A DNA stretch of 64,000 nt from Eledone cirrhosa (lineage: Eukaryota). The stretch is from the NCBI GenBank assembly GCA_964016885.1, contig OZ024740.1, positions 307,024,001 to 307,088,000 of the forward strand. The letters run 5' to 3'. Under the pieces are notes generated by a model. The model made no database searches. It was not told where the DNA came from and saw nothing but the letters and a program-made list of their open reading frames with translations. This document shows positions 52,952 through 64,000 of the stretch, piece after piece. Both the position numbers and the translations under genes were made by a program. Numbering within the stretch: the first letter of the stretch is position 1; every line of letters begins with the position of its first letter.

Positions 52952-53338
52952 ATATTGTTATACTTTGGGAGGGTCATGTTGCCAATAAGAAACACACGCA
53001 CCAGTTGCTTTCACTTCAATTTATTATAATAAATTTATAATAAATTTATAAATTTATAAATTTCTGGTTGGTTGGTTGGTTCCACAACCAGATAGTTGTT
53101 TATATATAGTCATAGTTCTTTCGTCACACACTCTGTGACCTCTTCAGTCACTGAAGAGGTCACAGAGTGTGTGACGAAAGAACTATGACTATATATAAAC
53201 AACTATCTGGTTGTGGAACCAACCAACCAACCAGAAATTTATAAATTTATTATAAATTTATTATAATAAATTGAAGTGAAAGCAACTGGTGCGTGTGTTT
53301 CTTATTGGCAACATGACCCTCCCAAAGTATAACAATAT
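52952..53338. repeat. ~190-bp-arm palindrome (3-nt spacer), Penelope pLTR-like
   Basis: 52952-53147 vs 53151-53338, identical except a short AT-rich indel. Confidence 0.95.
53146..53190 (+). ncRNA. Type I hammerhead ribozyme motif
   Basis: AGTCA-CTGAAGA-G GTCACA gagtg TGTGAC-GAAA-GAAC-TA-TGACT. Confidence 0.75.
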
Positions 53339-53417
53339 CGGTTTCAACAAACGATTTCAGATAAAGAATCTTGCTAAACAAATTCAGAAACGAAATATAT
53401 ATATATATATATATATA

Positions 53418-53518
53418 TATAAAGAAAAAGAGATGAAATCGAAAATGCAACTGGAGTCTTATTTTTTTTAAAAATAAGACTCCAGTTGCATTTTCGATTT
53501 CATCTCTTTTTCTTTATA
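53418..53518. repeat. Perfect 49-bp-arm palindrome
   Basis: 53418-53466 vs 53470-53518. Confidence 0.92.
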
Positions 53519-53573
53519 CTTTCACTCGTGTAGGACACCTCGGTTATTTTTCATTTTGTAAAAAAAACCTCAC

Positions 53574-53604
<31 letters not shown>

Positions 53605-53605
<1 letters not shown>

Positions 53606-55670
53606 CATCATCATCATCATCATCATCAACGTTTAACGTCCGTGTTCCACGCCTGCATGGGTTTGGACGGGGGTAGTCTCACTTGAGGCAAGAGTGATTG
53701 TCTTGCTCGCATAGGACTGTCTGGCGGGTTTTCTACAGTTGGATGCCCTTCCTAACACAAACCACATTTACAGTGTGGGTCTGGGAGGTTTTTACCGTGT
53801 TGCCTACACGGCCACATTACAGTGTGGACTGTGTGTTTTTTTGTCGTGACACCTACACGATCTCATTTGTTTCGGCCTGGATGGTGTGGCACCAACATAA
53901 CTTTACATAGAAGGGGGTGGTGTGGATGGGGTGGGGGTGGTGGGACGGGGGTGTATTTTGTTAATGCCTACTGACTGTAGTAGGTTTTACTATGTATTTA
54001 GGTAAGGCGGGTCTTCTCTATTACTGAGTACCGGCAAAGGTCTCGGTCCAGTGACATTGTCTTGGAGAGGTGTAAGTGTGTGAGGTCGGAGTTTATCAGG
54101 TCGTCCCAGGTTTTTCTAGGTCTGCCTATTCCGTGGCTACCGTCTATCTTTATTGCCCTGCACTTTGTTATACAGCTATCGACTTTCATGCGCATCACGT
54201 GTCCATACCAACGTAGCCTTCTCTCGAGTAAACAACATCTGATCCCTCTTATTTCTAATTTTTTCCTTAGTTCATTTATGCTTTGCCGTTCACGTATATT
54301 ACTATTACACATCCAGCGGAGCATGCAAGCTTCGTTCCTCTCTAGTCTGCGTATATCCTCTGCACACAATGCCCTGGTCTCACTGCCATGCAACATTGCT
54401 GTTCGTATGCAGGCATCATACAACCTGCCTTTCATTTTTAGGGAGAACCCTTTAGCGGCTAATAGTGGTATAAGCTCTCTGAACTTTTTCCAACCAGTTC
54501 TGACTCTAGCTACTGTACTTTCAGAGCACCCTCCCCCACTGCTGATTTTGTCACCCAGGTAACGGAAGCTGTCCACTATTTCTATAGAGCCCTCTGCGCA
54601 GTTGTAAGAGCTAGTATTTTGTGGGCACTTGCTGCTACTTATTGCACCAGAGCACCGGCGGCCACATGTAAAATCTATGTTCTTAGTTAGCTTACCTGTG
54701 ATCCCACTACATCTTTTATGCACCCATACTTTGCATTTGGGACATAAAATGGAGTTTCTACCTACGCCTTTCCTACACACTGAGCATGGCCATTTCCCGG
54801 AAGGGACCGCCGCCTTATTTTCTTTCCTACAAACTAGAACTTTAGTCTTAGCCAGGTTAATTTTAAGGCCTTTTGATTCTAGGCCGTGCTTCCGTGTTTG
54901 GAATTTCTTCTCTAGCTCGGCCATTGATTCAGCTATGAGTGTCAGGTAGTCTGCGTATAGGAGTTCCCATGGGCAGCCAGTCTTGAATTCCTCTGTTATG
55001 GCCTGAAGGGCAATAATAAATAGTAGGGGGCTGAGAACAGAGCCCTGATGGACGCCAACTTTTACGCTAAACTCTTCACTATATTCGTTGTTAATTCTAA
55101 CCTTGCTGACTGTTTCTTTATACATGGCTTGTATAGCTCTCACAAGCCATTCGTCGACACCTAGTTTTCTAAGGGCCCACCAGATAATGGAACGGGGGAC
55201 TCTGTCGAAGGCTTTCTCCAAGTCGACAAAAGCTAAGTATAAGGGTTTACTTTTAGCTAGGTACTTCTCCTGTAGTTGTCGTACAATGAAAAGAGCGTCT
55301 GTGGTACTTTTGCCTGACACAAACCCAAACTGCATTTCATCTAGGTCAATTCTCTCTCTGATTAGCTGCGCTATTACTTTTCCCGTGACCTTCATGACCT
55401 GGTCGATTAATTTAATGCCTCTATAGTTACTCCTATCTAGGGCATCTCCTTTACCCTTATAACAGTTAACGATGATGCTGCTATGCCAGTATTTCGGAAC
55501 AAACCCATTCTGTACGACTTGGTTAACTATCCGGGTGACCATGGTGTGTCCCACCGTGCCAGATGCCTTCAGCATCTCAGCAACTATTTCTGAAGGCCCA
55601 GCCGCCTTACCTGTCTTCATATCCTTGATTGCCTTACTTATTATGCTGCCCTCGCCTCGACTAACACTGC
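53605..55670 (-). mobile_element. RTE subfamily A, 5'-truncated; frame open but catalytic YADD changed to YADY
   Basis: ORF 53998-55670: GKAAGPS, NYRGIKL, QFGF, DLEKAFD, YADY, PHD-like insert; long 3' UTR; (TA)n flanks. Confidence 0.95.
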
Positions 55671-55700
55671 TATATATATATATATGTGTATATATATATA

Positions 55701-55775
<75 letters not shown>

Positions 55776-55779
55776 TCAC

Positions 55780-55854
<75 letters not shown>

Positions 55855-55885
55855 GATGATGATGATATATATATATATATATAAT

Positions 55886-55937
<52 letters not shown>
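55671..55937. repeat. Compound (TA)n-(CAT)n-(GAT)n-(TA)n microsatellite
   Basis: Direct reading. Confidence 0.95.
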
Positions 55938-55940
<3 letters not shown>

Positions 55941-56253
55941 AGGCACATGGCTTAGTGGTTAGAGCATTGGCCTTGCAATCGAAAGGTTGTGAGTTCAATT
56001 CTCAGACTGGGTGATGTGTTGTTTCCTTGAGCAAGTCACTTTATTTCCCATTGCTCCAGTTTACTCAGATGTAGAAATGAGATGGAAAGTGGTCGTGGAG
56101 GTGCCAAGGCAAAAAAGCACCCAGCACTCACTGTAAATGAGGTTGGTGTTAGGAAAGGCATCCAGCTGTAGAAATCAAGCCAGAATCAATTCCCGTCCCA
56201 GCCTTGCAAGCAGGGAAAAGTGGACATAAAATAATGATGATGAATGATGATGA
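55938..56253 (+). mobile_element. Composite SINE: tRNA head, CORE-like block, GGAAGGGCATCC module, RTE-B 3' tail
   Basis: GGCACATGGCTTAGTGG, GAGTTCAATTC, TCCTTGAGCAAGTCACTT, GTTAGGAAAGGCATCCAGC, CCTTGCAAGCAGGGAAAAGTGGAC, (GAT)n. Confidence 0.8.
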
Positions 56254-56947
56254 TATATATATATATATATATATATATCATACTGAGTTCTTTCTGTTTT
56301 TTTAAAAACTTTTTACTCTTTTTGAATTTGCATTACACACACACACACACACACACATACACATATATATATAGCAGCAGCACTAAGACAATGTTTAAGC
56401 ATAATAGTGGTGTATATGAAGTACAATTTAAAATACATGCCTATTATACATACATACATACAAACATACATGTACACGTACATATATTCACCCCAGCCAC
56501 ACACAAATACATGAATGAAGAGCATACCCACACATACCAAGCACGCATACTCATAGAGAGAAAAGCCAAATACTTAATGTATCCAGATATGCATATTAAT
56601 CATGTGACTACTTGAGATTGAAATAACCTCAGGAGGCAACTCTATAGGATAGCTAAAACAAAAAAAACAACACCCCAAATAAGAACATCTGTATATGTAT
56701 AGCAACTATATATCATTGCTGTTGATAGATTTTCTCTCTACTCTCAGTAATAGAACACTGTAATGCTTTCTATTGCTGTTACATGTGACAAAATCAATTC
56801 TGCACTTACATGCAACATATTTAAAGAGGTTAGACAATTAAAAGAGAAACACCTGACATTAAAGCTGCAAGTGTAGTAATCATGTTTAGTTGACTTTAAC
56901 TACAACACACCTTGCTCTTCTTACTATTCTACAACTCATCTATCTAG

Positions 56948-57016
<69 letters not shown>

Positions 57017-57484
57017 ACGACAAATGGTTGCAGTGTTTTGGAGAATTTAAACGTTTTTGAATTATATTTCTATTATTTCATTTTATTCTTTTTATCTTTT
57101 TGATGTTAATAAACATATTACCAAGAGAAGAAGAAACAGCAGGTTGTCTGTTTTAGTATAGTGGTATAGGTGATTGCTATAGTGGTATTGTTGGTTGATA
57201 TAGTGGTATATCTGGTTGGTGTAGTGGTTTGGGTGGTTGTATAGTGGTATGTCTGTTTTGGTATAGTGGTATGGGTGATTGTTATAGTGGTATATCTGGT
57301 TGATGTAGTGGTATATCTGGTTGGTGTAGTGGTTTGGGTGGTTGTATAGTGGTATGTCTGTTTTGGTATAGTGGTATGGGTGATTGTTATAGTGGTATAT
57401 CTGGTTGATGTAGTGATATGAGTAGTTGGTGTAGTGGTATATCTGGTTGATGTAGTGATATGGATGGTCGTGTAGTGGTATGTC

Positions 57485-59760
57485 TGGTTGGAATAGTGGT
57501 ATTACTGGTTGATATAGGGGTATTACTGGTTGATATAGTGGTATTACTGGTTGGTATAGTGGTATTACTGGTTGATATAGGGGTATTACTGGTTGATATA
57601 GTGGTATTACTGGTTGGTATAGTGGTATTACTGGTTGATATAGTAGTATTACTGGTTGGTATAGTGGTATTACTGGTTGGTATAGTGGTATTACTGGTTG
57701 ATATAGTGCTATTACTGGTTGGTATAGTGGTATTACTGGTTGATATAGTGCTATTACTGGTTGGTATAGTGGTATTACTGGTTGGTATAGTGGTATTACT
57801 GGTTGGTATAGTGGTATTACTGGTTGATATAGTGGTATTACTGGTTGGTATAGTGGTATTACTGGTTGATATAGTGCTATTACTGGTTGGTATAGTGGTA
57901 TTACTGGTTGATATAGTGGTATTACTGGTTGGTATAGTGGTATTACTGGTTGGTATAGTGGTATTACTGGTTGGTATAGTGGTATTACTGGTTGGTATAG
58001 TGGTATATCTCGTTGATATACGTGTATTACTGGTTGGTATAATGGTATTACTGGTTGATATAGGGGTATTACTGGTTGGTATAGTGGTATTACTGGTTGG
58101 TATAGTGGTATATCTGGTTGATATAGTGGTATTACTGGTTGGTATAGTAGTATTACTGGTTGATATAGGGGTATTACTGGTTGGTATAGTGGTATTACTG
58201 GTTGATATAGTGGTATTACTGGTTGGTATAGTGGTATTACTGGTTGGTATAGTGGTATTACTGGTTGATATAGTGGTATATCTCGTTGATATACGTGTAT
58301 TACTGGTTGGTATAATGGTATTACTGGTTGATATAGGGGTATTACTGGTTGGTATAGTGGTATTACTGGTTGATATAGTGGTATTACTGGTTGGTATAGT
58401 GGTATTACTGGTTGATATAGTGGTATATCTCGTTGATATACGTGTATTACTGGTTGGTATAATGGTATTACTGGTTGATATAGGGGTATTACTGGTTGGT
58501 ATAGTGGTATTACTGGTTGGTATAGTGGTATATCTGGTTGATATAGTGGTATTACTGGTTGGTATAGTAGTATTACTGGTTGATATAGGGGTATTACTGG
58601 TTGGTATAGTGGTATTACTGGTTGGTATAGTGGTATTACTGGTTGGTATAGTGGTATTACTGGTTGATATAGTAGTATTACTGGTTGGTATAGTGGTATT
58701 ACTGGTTGATATAGTGGTATATCTGGTTGATATACGTGTATTACTGGTTGGTATAATGGTATTACTGGTTGATATAGTAGTATTACTGGTTGGTATAGTA
58801 GTATTACTGGTTGGTATAGTGGTATATCTGGTTGGTATAGTAGTATTACTGGTTGATATAGTGGTATTACCGGTTGGTATAGTGGTATTACTGGTTGATA
58901 TAGGGGTATTACTGGTTGGTATAGTGGTATTACTGGTTGGTATAGTGGTATTACTGGTTGATATAGTAGTATTACTGGTTGGTATAGTGGTATTACTGGT
59001 TGATATAGTGGTATTACTGGTTGGTATAGTGGTATTACTGGTTGGTATAATGGTATTACTGGTTGGTATAGGGATATTACTGGTTGATATAGTAGTATTA
59101 CTGGTTGGTATAGTAGTATTACTGGTTGGTATAGTGGTATTACTGGTTGATATAGTGGTATTACTGGTTGGTATAATGGTATTACTGGTTGGTATAGTGG
59201 TATTACTGGTTGGTATAGTGGTATTACTGGTTGATATAGGGGTATTACTGGTTGATATAGTAGTATTACTGGTTGGTATAGTGGTATTACTGGTTGGTAT
59301 AGTGGTATTACTGGTTGATATAGTGGTATTACTGGTTGGTATAGTGGTATTACTGGTTGGTATAGGGGTATTACTGGTTGATATAGTAGTATTACTGGTT
59401 GGTATAGTAGTATTACTGGTTTGTATAGTGGTATTACTGGTTGGTATAGTGGTATTACTGGTTGGTATAGTGGTATATCTGGTTGATATAGTAGTATTAC
59501 TGGTTGGTATAGTGGTATTACTGGTTGGTATAGTGGTATTACTGGTTGATATAGTAGTATTACTGGTTGGTATAGTGGTATTACTGGTTGGTATAGGGGT
59601 ATTACTGGTTGATATAGTAGTATTACTGGTTGGTATAGTAGTATTACTGGTTTGTATAGTGGTATTACTGGTTGGTATAGTGGTATATCTGGTTGATATA
59701 GTAGTATTACTGGTTGGTATAGGGGTAATACTGGTTGGTATAGTAGCATTACTGGTTGGT
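57485..59760. repeat. 21-bp minisatellite (GGTATAGTGGTATTACTGGTT)n
   Basis: Direct reading; source of the 885-aa and 781-aa pseudo-ORFs. Confidence 0.97.
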
Positions 59761-59904
59761 ATAGTAGTGTCTGTTTTGGTATGGTGGTATCTGTTATTGG
59801 TATGATGGTATGTATAGTTGATATAGTGGTATATTTGGTTGGTATTGTCGTATGTGTAGTTGGTAATGTGGTATTTCTTGTTGATACAGTAGCATGGTTA
59901 TTCA

Positions 59905-61250
59905 GTATAGTGGTATGGATGATTGGTATAGTGGTATGGATGATTGGTATAGTGGTATGGATGATTGGTATAGTGGTATGGATGATTGGTATAGTGGTAT
60001 GGATGATTTGTATAGTGATATGTGTGCTTGGTATAATGGTATGGATGATTGGTATAGTGGTATGGATGATTGGTATAGTGGTATGGATGATTGGTATAGT
60101 GGTATGGATGATTGGTATAGTGTTATGATTGATTGATATAGTGGTATGGAGGATCGGTATAGTGGTATGGATGATTGGTATAGTGGTATGGATGATTGGT
60201 ATAGTGGTATGGATGATTGGTATAGTGGTTTGGATGATTGGTATAGTGGTATGGATGATTGGTATAGTGGTATGGATGATTGGTATAGTGGTATGGATGA
60301 TTGGTATAGTGGTTTGGTGATTGGTATAGTGGTATGGATGATTGGTATAGTGGTATATCTGGTTGACATAGTGGTATGGATGATTGGTATAGTTGTATGG
60401 ATGATTGGTAATATATGTAGGTTTGGTATAATGGTTTGTGTCTTTGACATAATAATATATGTGTTTGATTTAATGGTATAGTGGTATGGATGATTGGTAT
60501 AGTGGTATGGATGTTTGGTTTAATGGTACGTATGTTTGGTATAGTGGTTTGGATGATTGGTATAGTGGTATGGATGATTGGTATAGTGGTATGGATGATT
60601 GGTATAGTGGTATGGATGATTGGTATAGTGGTATGGATGATTGGTATAGTGGTATGGATGTTTGGTTTAATGGTACGTATGTTTGGTATAGTGGTTTGGA
60701 TGATTGGTATAGTGGTATGGATGATTGACATAGTGGTATGGATGATTGGTATAGTGGTATGGATGTTTGGTTTAATGGTACGTATGTTTGGTATAGTAAT
60801 ATATGTAGGTTTGGTATAATGGTTTGTGTCTTTGACATAATAATATATGTGTTTGATTTAATGGTATAGTGGTATGGATGATTGGTATAGTGGTATGGAT
60901 GTTTGGTTTAATGGTACGTATGTTTGGTATAGTGGTTTGGATGATTGGTATAGTGGTATGGATGATTGGTATAGTGGTATGGATGATTGGTATAGTGGTA
61001 TGGATGTTTGGTTTAATGGTACGTATGTTTGGTATAGTGGTTTGGATGATTGGTATAGTGGTATGGATGATTGGTATAGTGGTATGGATGATTGGTATAG
61101 TGGTATGGATGTTTGGTTTAATGGTACGTATGTTTGGTATAGTGGTTTGGATGATTGGTATAGTGGTATGGATGATTGACATAGTGGTATGGATGATTGG
61201 TATAGTGGTATGGATGTTTGGTTTAATGGTACGTATGTTTGGTATAGTAA
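59905..61250. repeat. 21-bp minisatellite (GGTATAGTGGTATGGATGATT)n with higher-order duplications
   Basis: Same unit as 27090-28830; flank block repeated near 60411, 60799 and 61250. Confidence 0.92.
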
Positions 61251-61879
61251 TATATGTAGGTTTGGTATAATGGTTTGTGTCTTTGACATAATAATATATG
61301 TGTTTGATTTAATGGTATATGTGGTTGCTATAGTGGTATGTGTGGTTGATACAGTAGCATGGTTATTCAGTATAGTGGTATGGATCTTTGATGTAATGGT
61401 ATGTGTGTTTGGTATGATAATATATGTAGGTTTGGTATAGTGATATAGACTGAGCAACCACATTTCCATTCTTGTTTATGACTATTTCACTTCATTTATA
61501 TTGCAATTGTTCTTTGGAAAGGCATGAACGCCAATATTATTAGATGTCTCTCATTACAGACAGTCAAATTATTTGGCCCCAATGGAATAACTGTTACCCT
61601 TACTGTCAACACTATATGATGTACTTGTAAGAAGTGTAATGCAATAAAGGTTGTATAACATTAGAAGTAGTTTTGTAAAATATGGCCAAACCTTCAAAAG
61701 ACAGAAATTTAGTATATTTTATTGGAAGTGTAACATTCATTTACAAAGATGTAGAGGGATTTTGGATAGATTGACCTCTAGGTGTATTTAGAAGTTGTTC
61801 TCAGCAGGAGCACCAATGACAATTTCAAAAAATTGTTTATATAACTCAATTAAAGTTCTAGGCAGCTCTTGTTACTTAC

Positions 61880-61995
61880 CTGAGCTGGGTAGTGGGGTGA
61901 GCTCCTGCTGGACTACAACATGGCTCAAATAGGTTGCATTTATCAGTTGTTTAAGCTGATCTTTGACTGCAGCAGTCTCATCAGTCCCAGAGAGT
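61880..61995 (-). CDS. Candidate 116-nt internal coding exon of an unidentified host gene
   Basis: TGCAG acceptor, consensus CAG|GTAAGT donor, open frame LSGTDETAAVKDQLKQLINATYLSHVVVQQELTPLPSS. Confidence 0.55.
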
Positions 61996-62818
61996 CTGCA
62001 TATATTATTGTTAAAACACCCTTCTCATCTAACTGTCTTATAAGACAGAAACATTATAAGTCAGAATAACCTGACACAATAGCTCTGATGAAGCATGTGA
62101 CAAAAAGCATTTCTATATTCAATATTAACATTTTACTGTCCAACTTATGATTCTAACTGCATCTTCCTGAAGATTGTTCCAGACTCTGGTAAAGGAGGTT
62201 TCTAAACAAAATGTAAATCTTGACATAATCCATTGTACAGGGCCAGATTAAGACATTTAGAGGCCCTAAGCACGAACAGATTAAGGTTAATCCAGAGCTG
62301 TCATTGCAAATGCATTTTCAGGTATGAAGGTGATTGATCTCTTGCAGTGTTCTGTTAAGCTTGTGACAGAGTAAATCTGTAGTCTTATAGTCTTTGGTTC
62401 ACAGATAACATGTTTCCATTGAGGTTTCCACAAATATTTATGATCTATCATGAATTGCAATGACTTTGAGAAGTTTCTTTGATAGAAACATCTTGAATTA
62501 CCACACACACATACATACATACACACATGTATATTTATACATATATAAATATATATATCTCTATGTATGTGTGTGTTTGTATATGTGTGTGTGCATGTTT
62601 GTGTGTTTGTGTGTGTGAGTATATATGTATATATACATCTGTTATCTTTATAAACATCCACAAATATGTATGACACTTTTTCTCTAGTATTATGTATAAT
62701 TTGTTTGGTAGCAATGTGCAAACACTGGTGAATTTAGATTAACAGACAATTGGGTACACAAAGAATGATTGATGCATTATGTATATGGTGTGCAGTATGT
62801 GAGTGACTGTATAATAAA

Positions 62819-62885
<67 letters not shown>

Positions 62886-62930
62886 TAATATATATATATA
62901 TATATTATACTATATATATATATTATACTA

Positions 62931-63403
62931 TCATCATCATCATTATCATCATCGTTTAACGTCCCTGTTCCACGCTTGCATGGGTTTGGACGGGGGTTTT
63001 CCCACTTGAGGCAAGAGTGGTTGTCTTGCTCGCATAGGACTGTCTGGCGGGTTTTCTACAGCTGGATGCCCTTCCTAACACCAACCACATTTACAGTGTG
63101 AGACTGGGAGGTTTTTACCGTGTTGCCAACGCGGCCACATTACAGCGTGGACTGTGTGTTTTTTTGTCGTGACACCTACACGATCTCATTTGTTTCGGCC
63201 TGAATGTTGTGGCACCAACATAACTTTGCATTGAAGGGGGCGGTGTGGATGGGGTGGGACGGGGGTGTATTTTGTTAGAGATGCCTACTGACTAGTAGGT
63301 TTTACTTTGTATTTAGGTAAGGCGCGTCTTCTCTGTTACTGAGTACCGCCAAAGGTCTCGGTCCAGTGACATTGTCTTGGAGAGGTGTAAGTGTGTGAGG
63401 TCG
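62931..63403 (-). mobile_element. RTE-A 3' end
   Basis: Matches 53605-54090; (TA)n on both sides. Confidence 0.9.
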
Positions 63404-63465
63404 ATATATTATATATATGATATATTATACTATATATATATATATTAATATATATATATATATTA

Positions 63466-63714
63466 AAAGTGACACAGAGGAGACTGAGGTTAGCTGGACA
63501 TGCTCACCGACATCCAGAGTTGACATTGCACTCAGTGCTCCTGTGAGAGCCCCTACAGAGGAAGATCAAGGTTAACGTATGTTGATGCCCTAAGGGCAGA
63601 CACTGGTCTGTTGGAGACGCAGGACATGGCAGCAATAATGAGGGACAGAGACCGTTGGAGAGAACTCGTCCATGGATCTCGGGAATTTTACCCGCCTTAG
63701 ATAGATAGATAGAT
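63466..63714 (+). mobile_element. 3' end of a third RTE family with (TAGA)n tail
   Basis: KVTQRRLRLAGHAHRHPE...RGRSRLTYVDALRADTGL...MRDRDRWRELV; inserted in (TA)n. Confidence 0.75.
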
Positions 63715-64000
63715 ATATATATTATACTATATATATATATATTATATATATATATATAATATATATATTATACTATATATATATTATAATTTTTTGCATG
63801 ATTTACACTTACTGAATTACTTTGCCAAAATCTGGGGATATTCCCCTTGTGATTTCCACACGTGGTTTAACTTACCACCGTGTCATTCACTTATTTGGTA
63901 CAGAGCGAAATACCTGTTGATAACGTGATATTCCTTGTTCGATCATTATACCCAAAGCTTATATTTTTAAGCAGACTGTATTTTGATTTAGGTGTCACAG

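Larger units (their letters stand above)
56574..61574 (-). repeat. Inverted segmental duplication, copy 2
   Basis: Reverse complement of 26735-29836 with different minisatellite content. Confidence 0.92.

Noticed and set aside
55671-55998. N-terminal extension of the 666-aa ORF
   Set aside because: Read-through of microsatellite and SINE; the RTE is truncated at about 55670
56600-56655. Possible micro-exon (ELPPE) after a polypyrimidine tract in the duplicated segment
   Set aside because: Weak donor and nearby stops in all frames; needs RNA evidence
57092-59805. 885-aa and 781-aa ORFs
   Set aside because: Minisatellite artefacts
26735-61574. Giant Foldback-type transposon with long TIRs
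   Set aside because: No TSD at the outer ends and no dedicated transposase inside; reported only as an inverted duplication
61960-61990. Minus-strand CTGATGA-GACTG ctg CAGTC hammerhead-like motif
   Set aside because: Followed by AAAG, not GAAA; no stems I/III; lies in a candidate coding exon
62287-62721. 144-aa minus-strand ORF
   Set aside because: Half is microsatellite-derived; no clear splice signals or recognisable motif

Overview
Repeat-dense, AT-rich eukaryotic (animal) DNA. The tRNA-derived SINEs with Nin-like and CORE-like domains, RTE LINEs with (GAT)n tails and abundant (TA)n suggest a mollusc, probably an octopod cephalopod (inference). Most long ORFs in the track are translations of micro/minisatellites. 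The real coding remnants are transposon-derived: RTE LINEs (several subfamilies), R4/Dong-type REL retrotransposons, Penelope, Tx1/L1, Tc1/mariner and Helitron fragments. Two or three candidate exons of an unidentified minus-strand host gene lie at 61880-61995, about 45313-45502 and 43234-43453. Main observations: (1) several type I hammerhead ribozyme (HHR) motifs of the Penelope pseudo-LTR kind, many inside foldback palindromes whose apex falls at the ribozyme core; (2) RTE reverse transcriptases carrying a C4HC3 PHD-like finger inside ORF2 and inserted mostly at (TA)n; (3) RTE 3' UTRs that share a module with a SINE family; (4) a large inverted duplication (26735-29836 vs 56574-61574) in which each copy expanded a different 21-bp minisatellite variant. 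All coordinates were read by eye and may be off by a few bases.
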